The notes beneath the pieces are model-generated. The model made no database searches. It saw only the letters and a program-made list of their open reading frames with translations, and was not told the origin of the DNA. Of a stretch of DNA of 64,000 nucleotides, positions 36,344 to 46,162 are shown in pieces. Source of the stretch: Lachnospiraceae bacterium (lineage in GTDB: Bacteria; Bacillota_I; Bacilli_A; RFN20; CAG-826); the NCBI GenBank assembly GCA_963657245.1, contig CAVKLJ010000003.1, forward strand, positions 1,219 to 65,218, written 5' to 3'. Positions within the stretch are counted from its first letter, which is position 1, and every line of letters starts with the position of its first letter. A program made the translations under genes and the position numbers.

Positions 36344-37198
36344 TTACTTTGAAAGGTATTCATTTAAGGCCGTTATTACCTCTCTTGTATCTTTTTCCGC
36401 TGCTTCAAAAAGATCTTGGAGTTTCTTTTTGTTTTGTGTTGTAACTTTGACGGTTGGAGGAACACTTGGATAGATGACAAAAATTCTTCCTTCTTCAGCA
36501 AGTTTGTCCATGAGATCCATCTGTTCATTATAGAGCTTATAGGCGTTTAGCAAAGATTTTAAGAAAACTGGATTGTCACGATATTGCTTTTTGTAAAGTG
36601 CTTTATAGGCTTTCTTTGGAGCTTTCTTACGATAGCCTTTTGCTCTTGTAGCGACAACAACAATCTTAGAAATGTTATCTTCTAAAGCCTTTTCAAATGG
36701 TGCTGCGGCAAATATTCCTCCATCAACGTAGCCTTTATCGCCTATTTTTACAGGTTTACAAAATGGCGGAAGAGAGGCAGAAGATTCAATGCCCTTAAGG
36801 AAGTTCTCATCATGCTGGGAAAAATAGGCAACCTTATTATCTTCAACACATGATGAAACCGCATAAAATTCTGTCTTTGAGTCGTAAAATTCTTCTTTTT
36901 TAAAAGGCATTTTCATCTTAGGAAGTTCTTTAAATAAATAATCAAAGTCAAAGATAGAACCCTTTGTAAAATAATTCTGAACCTTAACAAAGCCCTTTGC
37001 AGAAGACAATTCTGTAACAAGTCTTTTTAAACGTTCAGGGTCTCTTGTAACAAATTCTGCACCAAGAATAGCACCTGCTGAAGTTCCATAGACTTCATCA
37101 AAATAAAAACCATTCTCGATAAGAACTTTTAAGGCTCCGGCCGCGTAAGTTCCTCTAGCCCCTCCGCCTTGAACAATAAGTGCACTTTTCTCTTTCAT
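36344..37198 (-). CDS. patatin-like phospholipase (284 aa)
   Basis: GGGARGTY oxyanion motif, G-T-S-A-G nucleophile, VDGG catalytic Asp. Confidence 0.85.
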   Translation of the reverse strand: MKEKSALIVQGGGARGTYAAGALKVLIENGFYFDEVYGTSAGAILGAEFVTRDPERLKRLVTELSSAKGFVKVQNYFTKGSIFDFDYLFKELPKMKMPFKKEEFYDSKTEFYAVSSCVEDNKVAYFSQHDENFLKGIESSASLPPFCKPVKIGDKGYVDGGIFAAAPFEKALEDNISKIVVVATRAKGYRKKAPKKAYKALYKKQYRDNPVFLKSLLNAYKLYNEQMDLMDKLAEEGRIFVIYPSVPPTVKVTTQNKKKLQDLFEAAEKDTREVITALNEYLSK

Positions 37199-37311
37199 AA
37201 GATCCCCCGATAACGCTCATCTACTCTATTTTTGATGGATAAACTAATTTTCATTTTTAAATAGGAGTTATGAGATATTTCTATGAAAGATTTTATCATT
37301 AAAGCAGGAAA

Positions 37312-38172
37312 TTAGTCATCATTATCTGCTAATTTTAGCAAGGGAGAATATAGGTCCACCCTCCTATCACGGAAGACACCCCAAGAATAACGTTCTTCAG
37401 CAATCTTTCCTAAATCAAATTCGGCAATACATAAGCCTTCTTCTTCACGATTCATTTCAGCAACGAACTCACCATGTTGATCGGCAATAAAAGATGAGCC
37501 AAAGAATTGCATCGAGGAGTTTTTATCTTCTTCAACACCTACGCGATTAGATGCTAAAAGAGGCATGATATTTGCTGCAGCATGACCTTTCATAACATTT
37601 TGCCAATGGTCTTTGCTGTCTTTAGGAAGAACTGGCTCTGATCCAATGGCGGTTGGGAAAAGAAGAATCTCTGCACCTTTTAAAGCAAGAATTCTTGCGG
37701 TCTCTGGGAACCATTGATCCCAACAAATGCCTACGCCAATTGAACCAATGCTTGTCTTGAAAACTTTGAATCCTGTATCTCCTGGAGTGAAATAGAATTT
37801 CTCTTCATAACATTCACCTGTAGGAATATGAGACTTGCGGTATGTTCCAACAATGTTTCCATCATTATCGATCATCGCTAAAGAATTAAAGAAACAGTTT
37901 CCATCTCTTTCAAAGAATGAAATTGGTAAAACCATATGGGTTTCACGAGCGATTTCTTGAAAATGTTTTAATGTTTTCGAGGATTTAAACTCTTCAGCAA
38001 ACTTAAAATAATCGTAGTTTTCAATTTGGCAGAAATAATGTCTTTCAAATAATTCAGGTAGCAAAAGAAGATCAACTTTTTCTTTTGCGGCTTGATAAAT
38101 TAAATCATCTGCTTTCTTGATGTTCTCATCATAGTTTTCTGACATTGAGAATTGAGTGATTGCTACTTTCAT
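37312..38172 (-). CDS. aguB: N-carbamoylputrescine amidase (CN-hydrolase family)
   Basis: Nitrilase-superfamily E-K-C triad context (LPELF, YRKSHIP, GICWDQWFPE). Immediately downstream of the agmatine deiminase fusion. Confidence 0.85.
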   Translation of the reverse strand: MKVAITQFSMSENYDENIKKADDLIYQAAKEKVDLLLLPELFERHYFCQIENYDYFKFAEEFKSSKTLKHFQEIARETHMVLPISFFERDGNCFFNSLAMIDNDGNIVGTYRKSHIPTGECYEEKFYFTPGDTGFKVFKTSIGSIGVGICWDQWFPETARILALKGAEILLFPTAIGSEPVLPKDSKDHWQNVMKGHAAANIMPLLASNRVGVEEDKNSSMQFFGSSFIADQHGEFVAEMNREEEGLCIAEFDLGKIAEERYSWGVFRDRRVDLYSPLLKLADNDD

Positions 38173-38173
38173 A

Positions 38174-40789
38174 TTATTTCTCCCTTGGAAGTTGCATTGT
38201 TATGCAGTGTATATTTCCCCCACCAAGCAATATCTCATAAGTATTGATTTGATGGATCTTTTTATTTGGGTATAGTTCTTTCATTACGGCATACGCTTCT
38301 TTATCTTCTTTAACCCCAAAAGCAGGCATGATGATAAAGTCTTTGCCTTGATAATAATTCACATATGATGCAGCAAGTCTTCTTCCGCCAGAACGCTTAT
38401 CAAGCGTGGTTTCGTTTATTTGAAGTTCATTTGCTTCTTCATCGCTAAGATATAAAGGTTTAGGCAGAGGAAGCTTATGAATTACTAGTTTCCTTCCTTT
38501 TGCATCTGTCACTTCTTCTAGGGCTTTATATGTCTGTTCACAATAACGATACTGAGGATCTTTTTTGTTGTTGCACCAAGCCATTACTACTTCTCCAGGT
38601 TTGATGAAAGAAACCATATTATCAATATGCTCATTTGTTTCATCTTGATAGATTCCATGTGGCACCCAAATTATCTTTTCAACGGCTAGATAATCACGAA
38701 GGATTTCTTCAATTTCTTCTTTGCGGTAATATGGGTTTCTTCCTTTAGAAAGAAGGCACGCTTCGGTAGTTATAAGAGTTCCTTCTCCATCGATGGCAAT
38801 TGATCCTCCTTCTAGGACAAAAAAAGGCAAATAATACGATAATAGCTTAAGTTTTTTAGAAATTAAGGCACCTAAATTATCATCATCTTGATAATCGCTA
38901 TATAAGCCATCTACTTTTCCTCCCCAGGCGTTAAAACGGAAATCAACGGTTCTTAGGTCTTTTCCGTTTGTTAAGAAGAGAGGCATGTTGTCTCTAGCCC
39001 AAGCATCGTTATAACGAAGTTTATAAATGCTAACGTTATGGATATTCGAAATCTCATCAATCAGCTTCTTTCCGATTTGTTGATTTACGCCAACAATAAC
39101 CGATTCATGCTCTGAGATTGCTTTAATGATTTCAATAAAGTTATCTTGCGCAGGTTTTGCCTTCTTTCTCCAAGTGTCTAACCTTGACGGCATCAAAATG
39201 AAGGTTGCTTGATGTTCATCTCCTTCAAATGGGAAATAATAGCCGTCATTAACTGGCAAAGTGATTTTGTTATTGTAATAATCGTTCAAACGTTTTTCAT
39301 AAACGTTGAATCTTCTCCATTTTTTCGTATCGATAACTTCAAATAAGTCATGGTAGGAAGAAAGAAGCTTTGTATGGGAATCTTTTGAACTTTGTAAGTC
39401 TTTTACTTGCTCCACTAATTCTTTTGACCAAACCTCCCCTGGAGCAATAAGAGGAATTCCTGGCGGATACATCATGATCTGCTCTTTGGAAACCGAGCCT
39501 TCTACTTCATCAATTGGAAGAAGCTTTCCTGGCGCATTGAAAGAGACACGTGGTCTAACGAGCATGAAAGGGAATGTTGAATCAAAATGAGCTTTCTTTT
39601 GAATGTAGTTTGGATTGTAATGCTCTTTTGAAATATCCTTGAGAGCATTTAAGAGTTGATCAACATGTTTCTTTTTTGTGCCGATAGCAAATATTGCAAG
39701 AACTTCATTTGGTTCAGCTAGTTCCATCTGAACTTCATATTTTTCTTTCAAAAGGTGATAAAGCTGGAATCCATCTAAATCTAGATGGTTAATGCCAATA
39801 ACTAATTTCGTATCGTCATAATCAAATGAGCCATGGGCTAAGAAATGTTTTCGATCTTCATTTACGAAACCTGGGATTTTCTCAATTTTCTTCCTAACGT
39901 AATCAACCAATTCATAGGTGTTATTCATGCTAGCATAGCCTTCTTTTGAAGCCATATATGAACGAGCGGCGTCAACTGAAGCAATAAGGATTCCAGAAGG
40001 AGATGTCGTATTAATAATATTCAAGGTTTTTTGAACGTCTTCGCGTTTGAATCTTTGACTCTTTAATAACAAAACAGAGCTTTGTGTCAAAGATCCAACA
40101 GTCTTATGGAAAGAGGCCGCGGACATATCAGCACCTGCATCCATTGCTGATAAAGGAGAACGTGGATGATGGAAATAGTAATGGGCGCCATGCGCCTCAT
40201 CAACTAATACAGCCATTTTGTGGGCATGGGCAAAAGATACAAGTTCTTTTAGGTTTGTAACCGATCCAAAATATGTTGGGTTTATAACAAATATTGCTTT
40301 GGCAGATGGATTACGGATGATGGCTTTTTTCCATTGTTCCAAGGTAGGTTGATTAGCAATTCCAAGTTCTAAATCAATCTCTGGCATGACATAGGTTGGT
40401 CTAGCGCCAGAAAGAACCAAAGCATTGACGACCGACTTATGAACATTACGTGGAAGAATGATTTTTTCATTAGCTTTAACAGCCGTCATAATCATTGCGA
40501 CAATGCCGGATGAGGTGCCGTTTATTAGGTAAAAAGCCTCATCTGCTCCACAAGCTTCAGCAAGATATTCGCTAGATTCTTTTATGACTCCTTGCGGATT
40601 GCCTAAAGTATCCATGCCAATAGGAGAATTAACGTCACATCTAAAAAGCTTTTCTCCAAGAAGTTCTGTGGCTTTGTTTTTGATATTTCCCATATGGTGT
40701 CCAGGGACATCAAAAGGAGCGACATCATCTACAACGTAGTCTTTAAGAGCGTCTACATAAGGCGTTTTGCTTTGATCAAGTTTTTTCAT
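38174..40789 (-). CDS. bifunctional fusion: Orn/Lys/Arg decarboxylase (PLP, fold I) + agmatine deiminase
   Basis: N-terminal ~480 aa have the PLP-Lys motif SFHKT (K229) and the DEAHGAH motif. C-terminal ~355 aa carry agmatine deiminase motifs (AWARDN, LEGGSI, HIDN, catalytic Cys in GGGNIHCITMQ). Confidence 0.85.
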   Translation of the reverse strand: MKKLDQSKTPYVDALKDYVVDDVAPFDVPGHHMGNIKNKATELLGEKLFRCDVNSPIGMDTLGNPQGVIKESSEYLAEACGADEAFYLINGTSSGIVAMIMTAVKANEKIILPRNVHKSVVNALVLSGARPTYVMPEIDLELGIANQPTLEQWKKAIIRNPSAKAIFVINPTYFGSVTNLKELVSFAHAHKMAVLVDEAHGAHYYFHHPRSPLSAMDAGADMSAASFHKTVGSLTQSSVLLLKSQRFKREDVQKTLNIINTTSPSGILIASVDAARSYMASKEGYASMNNTYELVDYVRKKIEKIPGFVNEDRKHFLAHGSFDYDDTKLVIGINHLDLDGFQLYHLLKEKYEVQMELAEPNEVLAIFAIGTKKKHVDQLLNALKDISKEHYNPNYIQKKAHFDSTFPFMLVRPRVSFNAPGKLLPIDEVEGSVSKEQIMMYPPGIPLIAPGEVWSKELVEQVKDLQSSKDSHTKLLSSYHDLFEVIDTKKWRRFNVYEKRLNDYYNNKITLPVNDGYYFPFEGDEHQATFILMPSRLDTWRKKAKPAQDNFIEIIKAISEHESVIVGVNQQIGKKLIDEISNIHNVSIYKLRYNDAWARDNMPLFLTNGKDLRTVDFRFNAWGGKVDGLYSDYQDDDNLGALISKKLKLLSYYLPFFVLEGGSIAIDGEGTLITTEACLLSKGRNPYYRKEEIEEILRDYLAVEKIIWVPHGIYQDETNEHIDNMVSFIKPGEVVMAWCNNKKDPQYRYCEQTYKALEEVTDAKGRKLVIHKLPLPKPLYLSDEEANELQINETTLDKRSGGRRLAASYVNYYQGKDFIIMPAFGVKEDKEAYAVMKELYPNKKIHQINTYEILLGGGNIHCITMQLPREK

Positions 40790-40830
40790 AGCGAAATGAT
40801 ACTACTTGTAGAGAAAAATGAACGTATTTT

Positions 40831-41625
40831 TTATTCGATTTTGATTGATCCGTTTAATAGTTGATCTATAGCGTACGCTACGCCGGAATTCCAAACCTCT
40901 TTTGTGATGAGTTTTGCGACCTTTTTAACCTCATCTTTGCCGTTTGCCATGCAAATGAAAGTTCCTACTTCTCTTGCCATTGTTAAGTCCTGTAAATCAT
41001 CACCAAAAGCGATCGCTTCATCCTTCTTGAACCCATAATGTTTTAAGAAGATGCTGATGCATGCGCCTTTTTCATGTTGGATAGGTGCAACATCAACTGA
41101 GTTTGGTGTATATCTCCAATAAATTAAATGAGGGAATTCTTTTTGGAAAAGAGGATCCATCTTTTCGTTGGCAAAGAAATTGATGCCTTCGACCTCTTCT
41201 CCTTCATAAGGTTCGATTTCCGGAATCATTTCTTTAAAGATTTTGAAATGTTCTTTTCCTTCCTCGTTTAATGGGGCGATTAGTTTTCTTTTCTTATATT
41301 CGACTAGTTCTAAACTCTTCTTGTTTTCTAAAGCCAATTCAATAAAACGTCTAACATCTTTTTCTTCAAAATGACTCTTAAAGAGATATTCTCCATCGGC
41401 AAAAGCGTATCCACCCGCTGAAGCGATATATCCATCCCAATCGAGTCCTAGTTTAAAAGCGCCAAGCCATTCAAAAGAAGAATATGGGCGTGCCGTGCAA
41501 ATAAAAACTTTAACTCCCTGTTTTTGGAGCTCTTTTATCTTTTCAATCGATGCCATGTCCCATCGATCATTTTTATGGTCATATAAAGTCCAGTCTAAAT
41601 CAAAAAACGCTGCTTTAATTTTCAT
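40831..41625 (-). CDS. HAD-IIB (Cof-type) phosphatase
   Basis: FFDLDWTLYD (DxD), TARP, GDDLQD motifs. Confidence 0.8.
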   Translation of the reverse strand: MKIKAAFFDLDWTLYDHKNDRWDMASIEKIKELQKQGVKVFICTARPYSSFEWLGAFKLGLDWDGYIASAGGYAFADGEYLFKSHFEEKDVRRFIELALENKKSLELVEYKKRKLIAPLNEEGKEHFKIFKEMIPEIEPYEGEEVEGINFFANEKMDPLFQKEFPHLIYWRYTPNSVDVAPIQHEKGACISIFLKHYGFKKDEAIAFGDDLQDLTMAREVGTFICMANGKDEVKKVAKLITKEVWNSGVAYAIDQLLNGSIKIE

Positions 41626-43405
41626 CTTTTTTCTTATCCTTCAAATACGTGTTCAAATATTCTTTCTCTAAGTCGTCGTTAATCTTTTTCATTCTTGTGA
41701 CATCCACTTTAACGACTTTTCGATCATATGTTACTAAACCATTAACCTCTTCTTCAACATCGCTAAGCTGCGTGTAGATAGAGACGTTAAGTCTGGCTTT
41801 CTTAATTGCTCTTCTAATCTCTTTTTCGAATAGATTAGCAAGGCCGTTATTAAGCGCATCGAGATTCTTATAATTTTTATATCCAAAGCTTTTTGCACTC
41901 CAAGAATGTCCTTCGATATAGGCAACATAGCCTCCGAATTCCGTTAAGGCCATCATGCGTTTCTTATCGTTACGTAACCTGACAGGCCTAAAATAGATAT
42001 GCCTAGAATAGAAATCACCGATCTTCTTATCATACCAACCACTTGTCGCGTCTATTGCTCTTGAATTATCAAGGTTTCTTAATACTTCGAGGCATTCTTT
42101 CGTGTCAAATTGTCCCCAGCCTTCATTAAAGAGGGTCCAAATACAAATCGAAGGAATGTTTCCTAAATCACGAATGGTTTCTTTCATCTCTTCTAAGAAC
42201 TGTTTCTTACTAAGTGGGTTTCCTCTTCCAAGAATTGGATTTTTATCCGATATTTTTAAAGGCAAAAATGGAGCAAGATTAATTAGAAGTTGGGAATATT
42301 TCGATCCGCCGTTAACTAAGTCTTGAATAACAACTATTCCTTCTTCCTCACATATGTGATACCAACGACGTGGTTCAACTTTGATATGTTTTCTTAGGCA
42401 ATTAAATCCGGCTTTTTTAATAAGCAAAATGTCATCTCTCATTGCCTCAACGCTTGGTGGGGTAAGACCGCCATCTGGATAATATCCTTGATCAAGAAGG
42501 CCGTTCAAAAAGATAGGTTCATTATTTAGCGTGAGGTAATAATATCCGTTAACCTTTTCTTGAGATATTTTTCTTAGAGCAAAAGAAGAATAAATAACAT
42601 CATCTTTACATTCAAATTTTATGGAATAAAGATTTGGTTCTTTTGTAGACCAAGGATGGAAAGAAGAAGATAAATCTATTTCTGCATGTAATTTCTCATC
42701 AAAATATGTTTCATTAACAATTTCGTTTTTATATAAGACTGAAATTTTGCATTTTTCAATTTTTCCATGTGATTCCCCATCAAAAACGATTTTCTTATTA
42801 TCAAAATCCCCCTTTATTTTGCATTCTTTCAAATAAGAATCGTTTGAGATGAACTCTAAATAAACCTCTTGCCAGATTCCACTCGTTGGCGTGTACCAAA
42901 TGCCTTTAGGGTTATTTGATTGCTTGCCTCTAGCATATATTTCAGAATCCGTATCATCCTTAACAACAACGTTTATTTTTAATTGTTTTCCGATGTTAGG
43001 AATAAAGAAAGCAAAAGAAGAATATCCTCCTTTATGAGAACCTAATAGTTCATCGTTAACATAAACGTCACATTCTTGATCAACCGCCATGAAACGTAAT
43101 AGAGCGTTCTTTCCTACATATTTATCATCAATTTCAACAATCTTTTGGTAATGTAGATAATCATCTTTATCAACGTGTCTATGTATTCCACTTAAGGGAG
43201 TTTCTGGAGAAAAAGGAACAACAATTTTCTCGTTATAAGTTTTTGGATTTTCTTTTTCTTTGTTCATTAAAAAATCCCATTCTCCATTTAGAGAAAGAAA
43301 TTCTTCCCTTTGCCAATAAGGATCTGGATGATCTGGAAGAGGATTCTTCCGATCAAAGTTTTCGCTATATTTTGTCTTTAATTCCATAGCATAGATTTTA
43401 AACAA
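41615..43405 (-). CDS. glycoside hydrolase family 2-like protein
   Basis: GH2 sugar-binding N-terminus and a TIM-barrel segment with NEGWGQ (acid/base Glu). Start is uncertain: TTG at 43405 or ATG at 43387. Confidence 0.7.
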   Translation of the reverse strand: MFKIYAMELKTKYSENFDRKNPLPDHPDPYWQREEFLSLNGEWDFLMNKEKENPKTYNEKIVVPFSPETPLSGIHRHVDKDDYLHYQKIVEIDDKYVGKNALLRFMAVDQECDVYVNDELLGSHKGGYSSFAFFIPNIGKQLKINVVVKDDTDSEIYARGKQSNNPKGIWYTPTSGIWQEVYLEFISNDSYLKECKIKGDFDNKKIVFDGESHGKIEKCKISVLYKNEIVNETYFDEKLHAEIDLSSSFHPWSTKEPNLYSIKFECKDDVIYSSFALRKISQEKVNGYYYLTLNNEPIFLNGLLDQGYYPDGGLTPPSVEAMRDDILLIKKAGFNCLRKHIKVEPRRWYHICEEEGIVVIQDLVNGGSKYSQLLINLAPFLPLKISDKNPILGRGNPLSKKQFLEEMKETIRDLGNIPSICIWTLFNEGWGQFDTKECLEVLRNLDNSRAIDATSGWYDKKIGDFYSRHIYFRPVRLRNDKKRMMALTEFGGYVAYIEGHSWSAKSFGYKNYKNLDALNNGLANLFEKEIRRAIKKARLNVSIYTQLSDVEEEVNGLVTYDRKVVKVDVTRMKKINDDLEKEYLNTYLKDKKKDEN

Positions 43406-43447
43406 AAACCTTTAGTAATGGTAAAATTACTTTCGAGGTTTACATAA

Positions 43448-44632
43448 ATGAAACAATTTGAAATCATTGAGAAACAATTAAATGAGAAAAATGTTGATGC
43501 GTGGATTCTCGTTGATTATGAAAATAGAAATAAAACGGTCGTATCTTTCTTAGGAAATAAAATGTTAACAAGAAAGATTATTCTTGTTTTCCCTAAAGGA
43601 GCAAAACCGTATATCATTTGCCACTCAATAGATACGGTTTTCCTTAATGATCCAGAAATAACAAAAGACTTCGATTTGCTTGTATATAAGACATGGCAAG
43701 AGATGCTTAACCTAGAAAAAGAATCTTTCAAGAATTACAAGAAAGTCTATATGGATATCTCCGAGAATGGTTTGTTACCAAGAATTGCTTTAGCGGATTA
43801 CGGTTCAGTTGAATACGTTAAATCTTTAGGCATTGAAATCCTCTCTTCAGGAGATTTGTTACAACAATTCAATGCGGTTTATTCTTCTAGAGCGCATGAA
43901 CTTCAACTAAAAGCTTGTAAATTGGCTTTGCAAATCAAAGATGAAGCCTTCAAGAAAATCAAAGAAAAGATTTTAGAGAACGGCAAAGTCCAAGAATATG
44001 AAATTCAACAATTCATTTGCAATAGATTCCACGAAGAAGGAATGGTATACGATGATCCAGCGATTGTTGCAATTGGAAAGAATGCGTCTAATCCTCATTA
44101 TGGTCCTGATAGCAAAACCTCTTCTCCAATTAAAAAAGGCGATGTTGTCTTGATTGATATGTGGGCAAAGCTGGATGATCCTGAAGGAGTATATGCTGAT
44201 ATAACCTGGATGGGATATGTCGGAGAAGAAGTTCCTGAAGAAATCGAAAATAGATTCCAAGTTTTAAAAACCGCGATTGATAAAGACGTGGAGTTCTTAA
44301 AAGAAAACCTTCCTTTAAGACGTGTCGAAGGATATGAAGTAGATGACATCGGAAGAAAATATATTACGGAAAAGGGCTTCGGAGAGTATTTCACTCACCG
44401 TACAGGACATTCTATTGCCGTTGACGTTTCCCCACATGGCCCTGGTGTAAATATTGATAATTATGAATCACACGATACAAGAGAAATTCCTGATGGCGTC
44501 ACCTTCTCCCTTGAACCTGGAATTTATGCACCAGACTACGGCATGAGGAGCGAAACGGATATCTATATTGAAAACCGTAAACCAATTGAAGTTGGTGGAA
44601 GACAAGAGCACGTTATTGCTATATTGAAATAA
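43448..44632 (+). CDS. M24-family Xaa-Pro aminopeptidase/dipeptidase
   Basis: Pita-bread metal ligands (DMWAKLD...DITW, HRTGHSIA, SLEPGIY, E...D). Confidence 0.85.
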   Translation: MKQFEIIEKQLNEKNVDAWILVDYENRNKTVVSFLGNKMLTRKIILVFPKGAKPYIICHSIDTVFLNDPEITKDFDLLVYKTWQEMLNLEKESFKNYKKVYMDISENGLLPRIALADYGSVEYVKSLGIEILSSGDLLQQFNAVYSSRAHELQLKACKLALQIKDEAFKKIKEKILENGKVQEYEIQQFICNRFHEEGMVYDDPAIVAIGKNASNPHYGPDSKTSSPIKKGDVVLIDMWAKLDDPEGVYADITWMGYVGEEVPEEIENRFQVLKTAIDKDVEFLKENLPLRRVEGYEVDDIGRKYITEKGFGEYFTHRTGHSIAVDVSPHGPGVNIDNYESHDTREIPDGVTFSLEPGIYAPDYGMRSETDIYIENRKPIEVGGRQEHVIAILK

Positions 44633-44635
44633 CGC

Positions 44636-45946
44636 TTATTTGATAAAATCAAGCAAGAAATCTACCGCACTAATAACGGTAAAGCCATTTTTGTCTTTGC
44701 ATTTATCAATAGGTTTGTTAACGACAATAACTTTTTGAATTTCATCATGAAGTAGCATAAAAGGTCTAACTTCTCTGTTTCTTGTTGATTCATTAGAAAT
44801 GTCAGACGATATTTGGATGTAATATTCCCTGTCGTCTTTTACTGCATAGAAATCCACTTCATTCGTTTTCCTGATGGACTTTCCTTCTTTATTTTTTTCA
44901 ATGCTGTCAAAAGTACCAATATTTACCGTATATCCGTTATATCTAAGTTCGTTATAGACGATAGTTTCAAGTATTTGTCCTTCATCAGGAAAAGCAAAAT
45001 TTAACCTGGCATTTCTAAGTCCTGGATCAACGAAGTAATATTTCCTAAACGCTCCGATTTCATTTCTTCCTTTTAGGTCGTATCTCTTTGCTTCGTTCAA
45101 AATGAATGCGTCCTGAAAATAATTGATATATTTTTCGACTGTTTGCTTATCTAATAACTCATGTTTAACACTTCTATAAGTATTTGCAATTTTTTCGGAG
45201 TTGATAAGCGACCCTGTCGATGAACTTAGAATGTTGCATAATTCATCTAGAGACTCACTTTTTTTAAGACCATTGTGTTCAAGAATATCTTTGAAATATG
45301 TGGTTTTAAAAAGGCTTTCCAAATATTCTCTTTTTTCACTACTACTATTTTTCAAAATAGCTAGTGGCATGCCGCCGTATTGCATATAAGTATATAACGC
45401 CTCGGTTTTTGAACCGCCTGAATAACCGTAAAATTCTTCGAAAGAAAGAGGAGATAAATGAATATTTGTGGCTTTGTCTCTAAACTCTGTAACTATGTCG
45501 CTAGATAACATTTTTGAATTAGAGCCAGTCACATAAAGATCAATGTTCTTCTCGCTTGCTAAGCCAATAATGACATCAACAAAAGAAATTGTTTCTGTAT
45601 CATCTTTTTTAGCGAGTACATGTTTCCCATCAGTTAAAACTGGATTAACAATGGTGAAAACTCTTTGAATCTCATCGAGTATGACATAAACCATTTTATG
45701 CCCTTGTACATATTTACGAACATACTCACTAAGTTCTAACGGATCACGTAAGGCTGAATTTTTTGCATCATCAAGTTGGATAACCAAAATATCATTTTCG
45801 CTTGTTCCGTTATCTAGTAAATATTGTTTGAAGATTGTTCCTAATATATATGATTTACCACACCTTCTAACTCCCGTTATGACTTTAGGAAAACCATTAT
45901 TTTTGCTTTCTATTAATTGGTTAAGATACTTGTTTCTGCTTATCAT
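44636..45946 (-). CDS. AAA-type ATPase with C-terminal DUF4143-like domain
   Basis: Walker A GVRRCGKSY, Walker B VILDEIQ. The C-terminal NEVDFYAV...YYIQIS resembles the DUF4143 nuclease-like core but lacks the E-x-K lysine. Confidence 0.75.
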   Translation of the reverse strand: MISRNKYLNQLIESKNNGFPKVITGVRRCGKSYILGTIFKQYLLDNGTSENDILVIQLDDAKNSALRDPLELSEYVRKYVQGHKMVYVILDEIQRVFTIVNPVLTDGKHVLAKKDDTETISFVDVIIGLASEKNIDLYVTGSNSKMLSSDIVTEFRDKATNIHLSPLSFEEFYGYSGGSKTEALYTYMQYGGMPLAILKNSSSEKREYLESLFKTTYFKDILEHNGLKKSESLDELCNILSSSTGSLINSEKIANTYRSVKHELLDKQTVEKYINYFQDAFILNEAKRYDLKGRNEIGAFRKYYFVDPGLRNARLNFAFPDEGQILETIVYNELRYNGYTVNIGTFDSIEKNKEGKSIRKTNEVDFYAVKDDREYYIQISSDISNESTRNREVRPFMLLHDEIQKVIVVNKPIDKCKDKNGFTVISAVDFLLDFIK

Positions 45947-45960
45947 ATTTTCACCTTTTT

Positions 45961-46040
45961 TGTAGAATTCTACATTTTTGTCAAATAGATAATAACATGT
46001 TATTTCAAATTTGTAATATGAAATTGTGTAGAATTCTACA
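45961..46040. promoter_or_regulatory. operator-like palindromes in the promoter region of the DUF4143 ATPase gene
   Basis: The perfect 14-bp palindrome TGTAGAATTCTACA occurs at 45961-45974 and 46027-46040, each within a ~25-nt repeated unit (…TTTTTGTCAAA / …TTTTTATCAAA). A third, different perfect palindrome AATAACATGTTATT lies at 45991-46004. Confidence 0.6.
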
Positions 46041-46162
46041 TTTTTATCAAAAACAAATCATATAAGCCAATAAAGAAAACCACCCATAAGAGAGTGGCAT
46101 TTCTATTGGTTTTGTTTTTTAGATTTCTAAAAATCTGCTGAAAAACTTGCGTATTTTAGAAA

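Noticed and set aside
45961-46040. Repeated palindromes as a CRISPR array or as IS terminal inverted repeats.
   Set aside because: There are only two copies, 66 bp apart, with no further repeats and no cas or transposase genes. The position fits a promoter/operator.
46100-46162. AT-rich inverted repeat TTTCTAAAA...TTTTAGAAA downstream of nfnB as its terminator.
   Set aside because: The stem is entirely A/T with a ~24-nt loop and no adjoining T tract on the minus strand, so it is not convincing.
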